A DNA stretch of 64,000 bases from Leptogorgia sarmentosa (Eukaryota), in assembly GCA_964658305.1 (NCBI GenBank), contig OZ210885.1:18600001-18664000 (forward strand). The letters run 5' to 3'. Below the pieces are notes generated by a model. The model was not told the origin of the DNA and ran no database searches. It was given only the letters and a program-made list of their open reading frames with translations. The stretch's first letter is position 1. Each line of letters begins with the position of its first letter. This document shows positions 37,230 to 47,059 of this stretch, one piece after another. Position numbers and translations under genes: made by a program.

Positions 37230-40200
37230 TTAAATTAGTGAGACAAAGATAGGCTTATGATCGCGAAAGTATGATTCTAAAACACCACTGTTTTTCACTC
37301 TCTCAGGTATATTGGTGTAAATGTGATCAATTTGTGATTTATAATCGGTTGTCACTTGGTTAATAAGTTGTATATATCTCTTTTCTTCGATTAGGTATTT
37401 ACAAAGTGTATTTTTGTCGGAAGCATTTTCACTTAGATTAACATTGAAGTCTCCAAGAATTATAACAGGATTATTTGGATCATTTAGAAAAGTAGAATGC
37501 AAATGTTTTAAGGCATTTATAAACCTTGTGATTTTCACCTTTGATGCAGAGCGATAAATTGCTACAATGTGCAAATTATTTACTGGTTGGTTAGCCTTAA
37601 GTAACGTCATTTCAACATCATTGTAATTGCATCTTAACGGTTGTGAGATAAGTTGAACATCATTTTTTACGTAAACAGCAGTTCCATAAGGTGTTCTCGC
37701 ACCATGTTGTGTAAAATCATTCCTAAATAATTGAAAGCCAGAAATGTCATATAATGCACTGTCATCGTTGCTACACAGAGCAGATTCTACAAATATATTA
37801 ATATCCGCCGCTTTCACGTTGTAATCACTAGCAACATCAGCAACATGAAGATGTAATGATCTCACATTTTGAAATAGTACTTTAAATGAACCACTTGTAT
37901 CTTTATAAAGAAAAGGAATATGGCTGTTTAGTGTTGCTTCTTGTCTCAATCTTGTCATTTCTTCTTGTACTTTTTTGCTAACAGCAATTTTATTTTCATT
38001 CATGTTCAAGATATGCAGTCCGGAGATGCTTCTAAGTCTGCTAAGTGCAACATAATGCATATGTTCTCGTTTACATGATGGAAGGTCAACAACTGCTTCA
38101 TTCAATGTATCTCCCTGACAACGATGAATAGTTTTAGCTGCAGATGGTCTCAAAGGAAATTGCCTGCGAAGAACTTGCATTTGGTGTCTTCTGAACTGTC
38201 TTGTGACCTCTAAAATTGGGACCCAATGTTTATCTATAGTTTGGTTGTAAAGATGAGAGTATTCTTTGCAATAATCTTTCCCTATGTGTTCTTCTTGAAA
38301 TAAAACCCAAATAATACTTGGTCTTGATGAGCCTGGTACTCGGTAATCAATTTTCTTAATAATACACTCAGCGCCATTAGTCATACCATCAACAACTGAT
38401 ACGTTTGTCGTAAGATCATATTTTGCTTCTTTAAGTACAGAACAAGTTGAGTACAAGCCCATCGTTTTTGAAGGATCGTTTGGTATTTGTTTTTTAAGTC
38501 TTTCTTTTAACTCATCAGAAAGATCTCCAAGTACAATATCAATTGCTTTTATCTGAACCTTCTCGTTTGTAGATTTTTGAAAAATATCGTGATTATGATC
38601 ATCAACTGCCATGTTAGTACTAAATAAGTGAGTTGAATTTATTGGATAATCAGGATGTTCCGGACTAATCTTCAAAATTCTTTCTTTTAAAACTTCAATG
38701 TCAGCTTCGGTATGTTTTCCTTCTCGGACACGATTTAAAATTTCAGCAAAGTCTTTGTCTTCCCTTTGTCTCATTATTTCTGATAATTCAAACATTTGGA
38801 AATACTGTTGCCACAGATTGGTTGCTAATGCATTATACCCATCTTTTGAGTTCTCAAATATCCAATGATCAAAAACTGGTTTGAGTTGAAACAAGTCCCC
38901 AACCGTTATTATACTAAGACCGCCAAAAGGTTCTTTTGTTCCCATAATTTGTTGCAATCTTAAGTCAAGAAAATTAAACATCCCACTGCCTACCATTGAT
39001 ATCTCGTCAATAAACACAATTTGCATTCGCTGTAACTGACACCTTATTGTATTCAATCTGTCTCTATCAAGTGTGCAGTAATTGAAACCTCTGTTTGCTG
39101 GAATTTTAAATGCGGAATGAAGTGTATTTCCTCTAATGTTGAATGCAGCTTTGCCTGTTGGTGCTACTTTAACAACACTAACATCATCTGGATTATTTGC
39201 TGGCTGAGCATTCAAGTATCTTATAAGAGCTTCATATAAAGCATTTGTGACAGTACTTTTACCTACACCTGCACCTCCGCTTAAAAACAGTCTTAATGGC
39301 AGCCTATTAGTTTTAACAGAGTTCAGTACATGGTAAAAAAACTCCTTTTGTTCGATATTGAGTGATTGCACAAGTTTTCTAAAATCAGCATCTTTCAATC
39401 TCTTCACTAGAAGTTCTTCGTCATCATTCGTTCTTGGATATATACCAATATCATTGATCAAGTCATATTCAGCATGTTGTTTATCTTTACCTGGATCAAA
39501 GCATCCAAATAGTTCACTAGCTTTTGAGCCAATTTCTTTATCTTGTTCATCTCGATACTGTGCATTGGGAGCAACTACCGCATTAGATTCCTCACTTTCT
39601 ATATCTTGTACTGCCTGATCAAGAGCCTCGGTATGATACTCATATTGTTGTCTGTTTTGCTCTATCACATCTTTGACAACTTCAAACCGATCTTGGTAAG
39701 TCTGGGAGTCTTTAAGAAGGTCCGTCGTTTCATTTCTCCAAGCAGTGTAATGCATTATTTGTTCTCTGCAGAAATTTTCTGGGTCTTTGTTTTTATTAAA
39801 TCTAACTGATCGTATTATCCTTGGTTTGTGTCTCTTTACAAGTGTTATTCCTCCTTTCATTTCATATTCTTCCTTCTCTGAAGTTTGTTCCAGATCAGAA
39901 CGATCATCATCTAAATTATCGTCCACATTATTTTCTGGAAGATATTCATCTGCCAAAGGTGACTTTGATTTAGCTTTTATCTGCTCATTACGCTCACTCT
40001 TGCTGTTATACCATGCAACAAAATCTGCTAGGCATACATTTTCCAGTTGCTTTGGTCGTCGCTGATATCTTTTAATAATGTTGTCTGACTCAATATCAGA
40101 CGAATTGTCTGGAAGTTCTTTAATTCTATCCATGCTTTTTAATAGGAATGTTCTTTCATCTGGATCGGATGTGTTGATAAATTGGAATTCTCGAGAGGAT

Positions 40201-43200
40201 CTTCTCAAAGGCATCTGGAGAACTAAGTAAACAGCTTCTTGTGCACTTATTTCAACAGCATTTAGAAATTTGTTACCAATATGTCTCACCTTGTTAACAA
40301 TATTCTTATTGCCTTCTTTTGCTTCTTCACATGCTTTACAGAGTAACTTACTCATTCCTCTCTGACCTTTAGTAATATATGTAAGGATATAAACAGCACA
40401 AGCATAAGGATCTAGTACAAACTGGATATCCATGTTAGCTTGCCAAGCTTTGAGCAAGTTCGGATTGTAGCAGTTTATTCTAATCTCAGATGGCGATCGT
40501 TTTAATAACAACGTACTGTGTTTGAGAGAAAGCCTTATGGCTTTTATATACTGCTGTTCTGATAAACCTAGCTTTTGAAGAAACTCAACAAATGTCATGG
40601 TTTCATCTGCTTTGATAGAGTCTAATAACTCACGTATTCGTTCTAAAGCTTTCTTCAATATAGCTGCCACATTTTCATCATCAAGATCAGTCTCAGACAA
40701 AGGTTCTAAAATCATAGTTCTTGGCATTGGTGGTGACGGAAAGTTAAATCTGCAAACGGCCTGACCTCTCTTCTTACACGTTTTAGAGTGTTTATGCCTT
40801 TGTAAATTTACGAGATCAGTTAAATCGTCTGCGTCAGCTTTGCATGAAACATAACTATCGACAAACTCAGCAATATCTTCATCACTATCTTTACCATACT
40901 CAGGAGCATTTTTTATCCAGAATAAACCGTGGATGTGTGGAGAACCTCTTTGCTGGAATTCGACGCGATAGAAAAAGTCAACAACTTCTCCAATTGGATA
41001 ACTTGGGCTTTTAATAATGTCGTGAATGAATAACTGTACCATATGCTCAAAATTTCGTGCACATGTGACTGGATCTTTCTGTATCAGTTCAGATTTTTTC
41101 TGCCATGTCATTTGTTTGATTTCGTCATCACTATAATCTTTATTGTCTATAAGACGGCCGAGAATTTTAATCAAATGAATCCACCGTGTTTCAGCTGCTG
41201 AAAATGAACAGAACCACGTAGGTTTACCAAGCTGACGAATCATGGCAAATAGATCTTTTTTACACCGTTCAAAATATGGAGGTGATCCACGTAAATTTCG
41301 TAAAACTCTAAATCCTTCATCCAAATTTATTAACTTGTTGACACAACTTTCTGACTTTAAATCTCCAGCAGTGTATGTTTTACCTTTAGTTTTACACTTA
41401 CGTAATGATAAACTTGCACTTCCTTGAATTTGTCTGATCTGTAATTTCTTTAGTTTGTAAAAAATGTTTGGCACAGACTGCGCGACTCTTCTGTCTTTGC
41501 TTCGTAATTCCCATTTACACATTGTGCTATAGTGAACAGGTACAAGTCTTTCACTGTTGTCAGCTTGACGTTTGCCACAATAAATAGTGGGAAATGAAAG
41601 AAATTCAGAATCTTTGTCTGTAAATATGCCAAGTGGTCTATTACCTTCTCCTGGGGCAAAGCTTATTATTCTATCACCATCTTGAGTAATGTCTGGTTCT
41701 TGCAATAACGTATCCATAACACCTGATGAACGTTCAGTTGTTTCACACCACTCATCATCTGTATCATTGTCAATCAAGTCATTACTTGCATTTGTGTCAA
41801 CTTCTTTTTGACTTTGAGCGTTCATATTTTCTGATAAGTTTTCTGAAGTGTTCTTTCCATCTTTGGAAATGAATTCTGACCACTCCTCTTCATTATTATC
41901 GAGTTGATTTGCTGCGTAACTTTCCATTACTTGTATTCCTTCGTTTTTAAATATTTCACTGGTACGCACTAAGTATTGCGCTGCTTCCAACACTTTATTA
42001 GGTCTAATATTCTGAAATTGATAATGGTGTTTGTAACCAAGGCGCCGGTTTAATTTAATTGGAATAGTTTGTGATTCATTAATTGGTCTTGGTAATACGC
42101 TTACAGTAGAATTAACATCAGCAGGCACATTAACTACATTTCCATGAATACTTAATTGACCTCCTCTAGGAAGTTTTCGTACTTGCATGAAAGGTATTCT
42201 TGGCGAAATTAGTCTTTCTTCAAGTGGTGTCAAATCCTTCAAGACATCAGGCTTTTCTGGGAAACTCATTTTATTTGCCTTAGCACAAGTAGGAAGTTTG
42301 CCAGTTTTTAGGTTCGAGTGGCATGTGCTACATATCCATTCAGCATTGTCAATGCTTTTGAGGCCAGTAAGGGATGAATTGAGAATTTCTTTTGAACATG
42401 ACTTATATAAAGAAGCATTACATTGAGTGACAGACGACCTATACCACAGTTGGTCACAACAGGTACAAATGTATTCAGGTCCAACACTAATGTTCTTATG
42501 AAATAATTCAATGGCTTTTGGTATGCTTGACAAATTCGTATCACAAGGTGTTACATGTAAAGTTTCATTTGAATCATCTTGGAAGTTAGAGTTTAATCTC
42601 TTTCGTTTACTCTTATTCTCATTTTCCGTACAAGCTAGTTTCCTTTTAATATAACTTCTTTTTTTAATATTTTGAACTCTTCCTGGATAGTTTTGATTAT
42701 AAATTCTGCTTGAGTTTTTAAATGATTGCACAACCTTCTCAGGATTTAAATTTCTATATAATGCAGTAGCTCGCTTTCTACATGTCCTGACTTTTTCTGG
42801 ATTATTATGTATGTATGTTGTATCGGCTTTCTTGGAGGATTGCTTAACTTTCTCAGCATTTGATTTCCTATATAATGCAGTAGCTCTCTTTCTACCTTCT
42901 TTGAGTTTTTCAGGATTATTATGGTTGTATGTTGCATCAGCGTTCTTAGAGGATTGCTTAACTTTCTCAGGATTTGATTTTCTATATAATGCAGTAGCTG
43001 TCTTTCTACCTTCCTTGACTTTTTCAGGATTATTATGGTTGTATGTTGCATCAGCTTTCTTAGAAGATTGCTTAACTTTCTCAGGATTTGATTTTCTATA
43101 TAATGCAGTAGCTCTCTTTCTAGATTCTCCAACTTTTTCAGGATTATTATGTATGTATGTTGCAGTGGCTTTCTTGAAGGATTGCTTAACCTTCTCAGGA

Positions 43201-43427
43201 TTTGATTTTCTGTATAATGCAGTAGCTCTCTTTCTAGATTCTCCAACTTTTTCAGGATTATTATGTATGTATGTTGCAGTGGCTTTCTTGGAGGATCGCT
43301 TAACCTTCTCAGGATTTGTTTCTCTGTATGTTGCAGAGGCTTTTTGCCAAGATTTCTTAATTTTTTCAGAATTTATATTTTTATATTTTTTATTATAAGA
43401 CTTTTTTCTTTCAAGTTCTTTTTGAAT
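37230..43427 (-). CDS. Helentron Rep (HUH)-Pif1 helicase-AP endonuclease polyprotein; frame appears open upstream of the annotated 42731 start
   Basis: PTWFCSFS, VEFQQRGSPHIHGL, YILTYITK, GGAGVGKS, DEISMV, GDLFQLKPV, TIHRCQG, YVALSR, QNVRSL, GDFN, IDHIY, RDH. Confidence 0.96.
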   Translation of the reverse strand: MQKELERKKSYNKKYKNINSEKIKKSWQKASATYRETNPEKVKRSSKKATATYIHNNPEKVGESRKRATALYRKSNPEKVKQSFKKATATYIHNNPEKVGESRKRATALYRKSNPEKVKQSSKKADATYNHNNPEKVKEGRKTATALYRKSNPEKVKQSSKNADATYNHNNPEKLKEGRKRATALYRKSNAEKVKQSSKKADTTYIHNNPEKVRTCRKRATALYRNLNPEKVVQSFKNSSRIYNQNYPGRVQNIKKRSYIKRKLACTENENKSKRKRLNSNFQDDSNETLHVTPCDTNLSSIPKAIELFHKNISVGPEYICTCCDQLWYRSSVTQCNASLYKSCSKEILNSSLTGLKSIDNAEWICSTCHSNLKTGKLPTCAKANKMSFPEKPDVLKDLTPLEERLISPRIPFMQVRKLPRGGQLSIHGNVVNVPADVNSTVSVLPRPINESQTIPIKLNRRLGYKHHYQFQNIRPNKVLEAAQYLVRTSEIFKNEGIQVMESYAANQLDNNEEEWSEFISKDGKNTSENLSENMNAQSQKEVDTNASNDLIDNDTDDEWCETTERSSGVMDTLLQEPDITQDGDRIISFAPGEGNRPLGIFTDKDSEFLSFPTIYCGKRQADNSERLVPVHYSTMCKWELRSKDRRVAQSVPNIFYKLKKLQIRQIQGSASLSLRKCKTKGKTYTAGDLKSESCVNKLINLDEGFRVLRNLRGSPPYFERCKKDLFAMIRQLGKPTWFCSFSAAETRWIHLIKILGRLIDNKDYSDDEIKQMTWQKKSELIQKDPVTCARNFEHMVQLFIHDIIKSPSYPIGEVVDFFYRVEFQQRGSPHIHGLFWIKNAPEYGKDSDEDIAEFVDSYVSCKADADDLTDLVNLQRHKHSKTCKKRGQAVCRFNFPSPPMPRTMILEPLSETDLDDENVAAILKKALERIRELLDSIKADETMTFVEFLQKLGLSEQQYIKAIRLSLKHSTLLLKRSPSEIRINCYNPNLLKAWQANMDIQFVLDPYACAVYILTYITKGQRGMSKLLCKACEEAKEGNKNIVNKVRHIGNKFLNAVEISAQEAVYLVLQMPLRRSSREFQFINTSDPDERTFLLKSMDRIKELPDNSSDIESDNIIKRYQRRPKQLENVCLADFVAWYNSKSERNEQIKAKSKSPLADEYLPENNVDDNLDDDRSDLEQTSEKEEYEMKGGITLVKRHKPRIIRSVRFNKNKDPENFCREQIMHYTAWRNETTDLLKDSQTYQDRFEVVKDVIEQNRQQYEYHTEALDQAVQDIESEESNAVVAPNAQYRDEQDKEIGSKASELFGCFDPGKDKQHAEYDLINDIGIYPRTNDDEELLVKRLKDADFRKLVQSLNIEQKEFFYHVLNSVKTNRLPLRLFLSGGAGVGKSTVTNALYEALIRYLNAQPANNPDDVSVVKVAPTGKAAFNIRGNTLHSAFKIPANRGFNYCTLDRDRLNTIRCQLQRMQIVFIDEISMVGSGMFNFLDLRLQQIMGTKEPFGGLSIITVGDLFQLKPVFDHWIFENSKDGYNALATNLWQQYFQMFELSEIMRQREDKDFAEILNRVREGKHTEADIEVLKERILKISPEHPDYPINSTHLFSTNMAVDDHNHDIFQKSTNEKVQIKAIDIVLGDLSDELKERLKKQIPNDPSKTMGLYSTCSVLKEAKYDLTTNVSVVDGMTNGAECIIKKIDYRVPGSSRPSIIWVLFQEEHIGKDYCKEYSHLYNQTIDKHWVPILEVTRQFRRHQMQVLRRQFPLRPSAAKTIHRCQGDTLNEAVVDLPSCKREHMHYVALSRLRSISGLHILNMNENKIAVSKKVQEEMTRLRQEATLNSHIPFLYKDTSGSFKVLFQNVRSLHLHVADVASDYNVKAADINIFVESALCSNDDSALYDISGFQLFRNDFTQHGARTPYGTAVYVKNDVQLISQPLRCNYNDVEMTLLKANQPVNNLHIVAIYRSASKVKITRFINALKHLHSTFLNDPNNPVIILGDFNVNLSENASDKNTLCKYLIEEKRYIQLINQVTTDYKSQIDHIYTNIPERVKNSGVLESYFRDHKPIFVSLI
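42735..43330 (-). repeat. Coding 114-bp (2x57-bp) tandem repeat, NPEKVGESRKRATALYRKS / NPEKVKQSSKKATATYIHN
   Basis: About five dimeric units, translated in the Rep-Hel frame. Confidence 0.92.
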
Positions 43428-44320
43428 TTATCATCTTTTCTTCTCCCTTTCATATACTCTTCCATATATTTTTTCCTCTCGTCTAATTTCTTTAATAAGG
43501 CAGCTTCGTTTGATAAAGTTTCTAGATTAGATTGAGAATCCTGCGAGTTTGATTTGGTTCGAGTACTTGTCATCTGATTTGTCAGTTGTGCAGAAAAAGA
43601 TTGTGTGATAGGCGTGGTTGATACATAATGTAGTTCATCAAGATGGCCTATATAAATATCTCTCGCATTTCTTCCGTCAAACTGAGTATAAATAGAGTTT
43701 ACAACTGTTGACTCAGAAAAGTTTAGTGCACTTTCCGTGATATTAATTCGTAAATTATTTGTATTAGCAACTGCCTGTATAATAATATGGTCTGCCCATG
43801 TACCAAGTGTCGACATATTTCGTAAATATTGCAACCATGATTGATCAGTGTTATATTCCACGAAATGTTCTGGACAGTTTATCAAATGTTGGATTGCAAG
43901 AGCTCGTATTTGGGGATGACGATCCTCAGTTCCGTAAAGTTGGTGACTTACGCTACGAAAGAAGCAATTACCGTCACCGACAATATTTACTGGCATTCGT
44001 CCTATGCGAGCTAATCTTGTCGTCAACACTGACATATGTGAAGTATTTACAGTCATCTCATTCACTTTTATCTCTTCGTCGTCACTTTGCCAACTTGGGC
44101 CGATGAGATAATTACTGATCTGAACAGGACTGAGTGTGTCTTGTTTTTCTTGGAAGATATCTCGTTTTGCTTTTGAAAAGCAAACTACCCTCATACGTTT
44201 GTCTTTCGTTTGCAATTTCATGTCACACCATTGCTTTTTCTTCCCTTGCTTTAAGGGAGAAAGTTTATGAACATATCCAATAACAGGACTGGTCATCAAC
44301 TTCGATGATGATGAACTCAT
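43373..44320 (-). CDS. Helentron B N-terminus: OB-fold plus OTU deubiquitinase
   Basis: PVIGYVHKLSPLK..MKLQT..VVCFS; OTU motifs GDGNCFFRSVSHQLYG, WADH, LHYVS. Confidence 0.9.
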   Translation of the reverse strand: MSSSSSKLMTSPVIGYVHKLSPLKQGKKKQWCDMKLQTKDKRMRVVCFSKAKRDIFQEKQDTLSPVQISNYLIGPSWQSDDEEIKVNEMTVNTSHMSVLTTRLARIGRMPVNIVGDGNCFFRSVSHQLYGTEDRHPQIRALAIQHLINCPEHFVEYNTDQSWLQYLRNMSTLGTWADHIIIQAVANTNNLRINITESALNFSESTVVNSIYTQFDGRNARDIYIGHLDELHYVSTTPITQSFSAQLTNQMTSTRTKSNSQDSQSNLETLSNEAALLKKLDERKKYMEEYMKGRRKDDKFKKNLKEKSLIIKNIKI

Positions 44321-47059
44321 TGTTCACGTTAAAACTTAAAACACCGTAAATTACAAAAGTTCTCGCTCTCGCATACGCTCTCGACTGGTTCTGAGCACAG
44401 AATAACCAGTTAACCACAAACACGAGGTTTTGAGTGCGACTCGTACGAGCATAGCGATTGGCTTAAACATATCACCTGACAATAGCATCATAACCTATAT
44501 TGGGTTTTTCATTGCTATTTTTGGCAACGCTTTTTCACATCTATTGTTCACATGTGTTATTGTTATTGAAAGCGAAGTACATGGTGTTTTGGAGTTAATT
44601 AGTCATTTGATTTAAGTGGACCCTGCTTGATTTATATCTCTACATTTGCCGCATTTTGTTTATTTTAACTTAGGTCTATTACATTAGCCAATAAAATTCT
44701 GCCTTCTAACACATTCCTTTTTAGCAAGTTTGTTGTGACCCCTTTTAGCAAGTTTGTTTTATGTAAATAGTCACTATTGAATTTCCATTTGACGAGCCCA
44801 CTTTTTACACACGAATTTTGTTTGCTAAATTCCACACAAACAAATAAGCTTGACTATTTTATGCATGAGAAAGACGTTACTTCGAAACACAAGTACATTC
44901 TGAACTTCCAAACACCAAAAGTGTGTTAAATTTAATCAACAAATAGAACAAATTAGTGACTAGTAGTAGTATTTAGTGTGTGTACTATTTATAGTGCTTA
45001 CATTTCAGCAACATTGAAAATTCAGAGATACGACTTGAACTCGAGTCTGGAGGATATAATTACATGCAGTTTCGTCAGTTTCCATGTATCATACAAAATT
45101 TGAAAAATCTGTAACTATCTGTTGTGCGATATTAGCGAAACTCCCTTAATTCACTCTAGTAGGGGAACTTTTTGGAGAAAAAACACAACAGATAATTAGG
45201 GTAAACCACATGAACAAATATATAAAAATATTTTTACAGGCTGTGAAATGTTATGGCTCCCCCATGCATTAGTGTATTAGTTCCATCATGATAAGCAGCG
45301 CACTTTTAGAAACATGTCACATTAAATGCCATTCGAAACAAGGCCTGGCTTGGAAACAAAGGTCAATGCAACTATCTAAAATATAAACGAAATTGTCGAT
45401 TTGTTTAGAATATTTGCACATTTTAATAGAATATAGACTATGCACTTTATATCATCGCTTCTCGCGCATACGAGTGAATGGTTGAATCCAACACGTGCAT
45501 GCACGTTTATTATGTATATCCTGCACACGGAGAAAATTACAGGATAACAAGTTCTTATAATCACATTAGCTTGGCGTGTGGCATGGAGAATCACGTTTGA
45601 AAAGTTTGTAAAACGTCGTATTACAGTCACAGTCTTAGAAAAACGTAACCTCGACTGTAGCATACGAGTATAGGGCAACATCCAAATTTGAAAATTTTCC
45701 CGCTCGGCGCCAACCATGGTGGCGCCTCGTGGGATTTCTTTCTGTCTCAGTCTTAGCCCCCTCCCCCCAATCCAAAAGTCAAATAGCTTCCTAGTTCCTG
45801 CGGCCCTGGAAGGCGACATAATTACATGTTCATATTCACTGACTGAGCCGCTGTTGTATAGTATAAATTTTGAGGTGAATATTTTGAGTTTGAACTGTAA
45901 ATTTTGCACAACCATGAAAATTTACATCAACATCGTTTACATCATCGCGTAAACATGAACTTCGCAAGCGACAAAGCAAGTTTTTGTAAAATATAAACAC
46001 GTTAGAAGTCAAAAAGTTTACTTCTCAGTGAACTTCTTTTCATAATTGTTGTCCTTTGTTGCATGCAATAGAACCGAAATTTTTCCAAAATCCTCTTTCT
46101 TGACGTCTATTCGGTAGCTCGCTGAACACTGGAATAGTTTCGGTCATAATGGGAAGTGTCCGTCAAAATCCTGACAGGGACAGGACACAGGGTAATACAT
46201 ATAGGACACTTTTGAGTATATGAAAGTAACAAAAACGCGCAAATTGCGCTAACCGAACGAGCTTGACACGTAATTTAAATGCAGTTAAACTGCAGCATTT
46301 AGAATAAGATTTATGTATGATTTATGAAGTGTATTTGTTGAGGTAATCATAAATAAGATGTCAAACCGAAACAGTGTCGGTGGTAAACAAACGCACGTAT
46401 TTTAAACAACATGAATCACTACTGATTTTATGCATGTAATGTTTACAGTGTATGTATATTTGCAGTGTATGTATGTTTATCACTAGTAGCGATGTACGTA
46501 ACTTTGATCAGATTTCATACCAATTGCTCAGTGAACCGATCCTATTAAATAGCGAGTAACTGTCGCGATACGTTAGCTAATGTTTATATATTAAATATCC
46601 ACGATAGTAACCTCTTTTTATTTGTTCAACACAAACCTACAGGCTACACAAGTTTTCTACTGGCATTACATGTAGGAAATGCAATTGTCTAGATTTCAAC
46701 GCAGATAATCATATATGAACAAACATAACAATATTGTTGTCCACAATTTCACTGATTCGCAGTTCCACTCTTAGCATCCGCCATGTTGTGTGGAAATATT
46801 AAATGCCCCGAACAAACGCTGAGTTGCAATTTTCACAAAAAAATGAAATTCCAGAGGGGCTCTCCGGCATTGTGTACCGTGACTTGTCGGCTTCGTAGGT
46901 CACATTACTCATCTAGCTTACTTTCATATCCATTAGACTAACTGCAAACAATGATGAACAATGATATATTGCTATAATCGGGATAATGTTTGCTTAAACA
47001 TTGAAAGAATACCGGTAAACTACGAAGTTTCGCACGTCAGCAAAATTTGGGACGCGCCC

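Noticed and set aside
42746..43398. ORFs 42746..43246(-) and 42811..43398(+) as LRR-like or membrane proteins
   Set aside because: They are off-frame and antisense readings of the NPEK coding repeat of Helentron B.
44430..46960. Short ORFs upstream of Helentron B (e.g. 45376..45915)
   Set aside because: No recognisable motifs; they overlap what looks like a MITE end near 45808 and AT-rich non-coding sequence.
47023..47040. Possible Helentron B sub-terminal inverted repeat pairing with 36490-36501
   Set aside because: Only about 9 of 12 bases match, too weak to define the 5' end.
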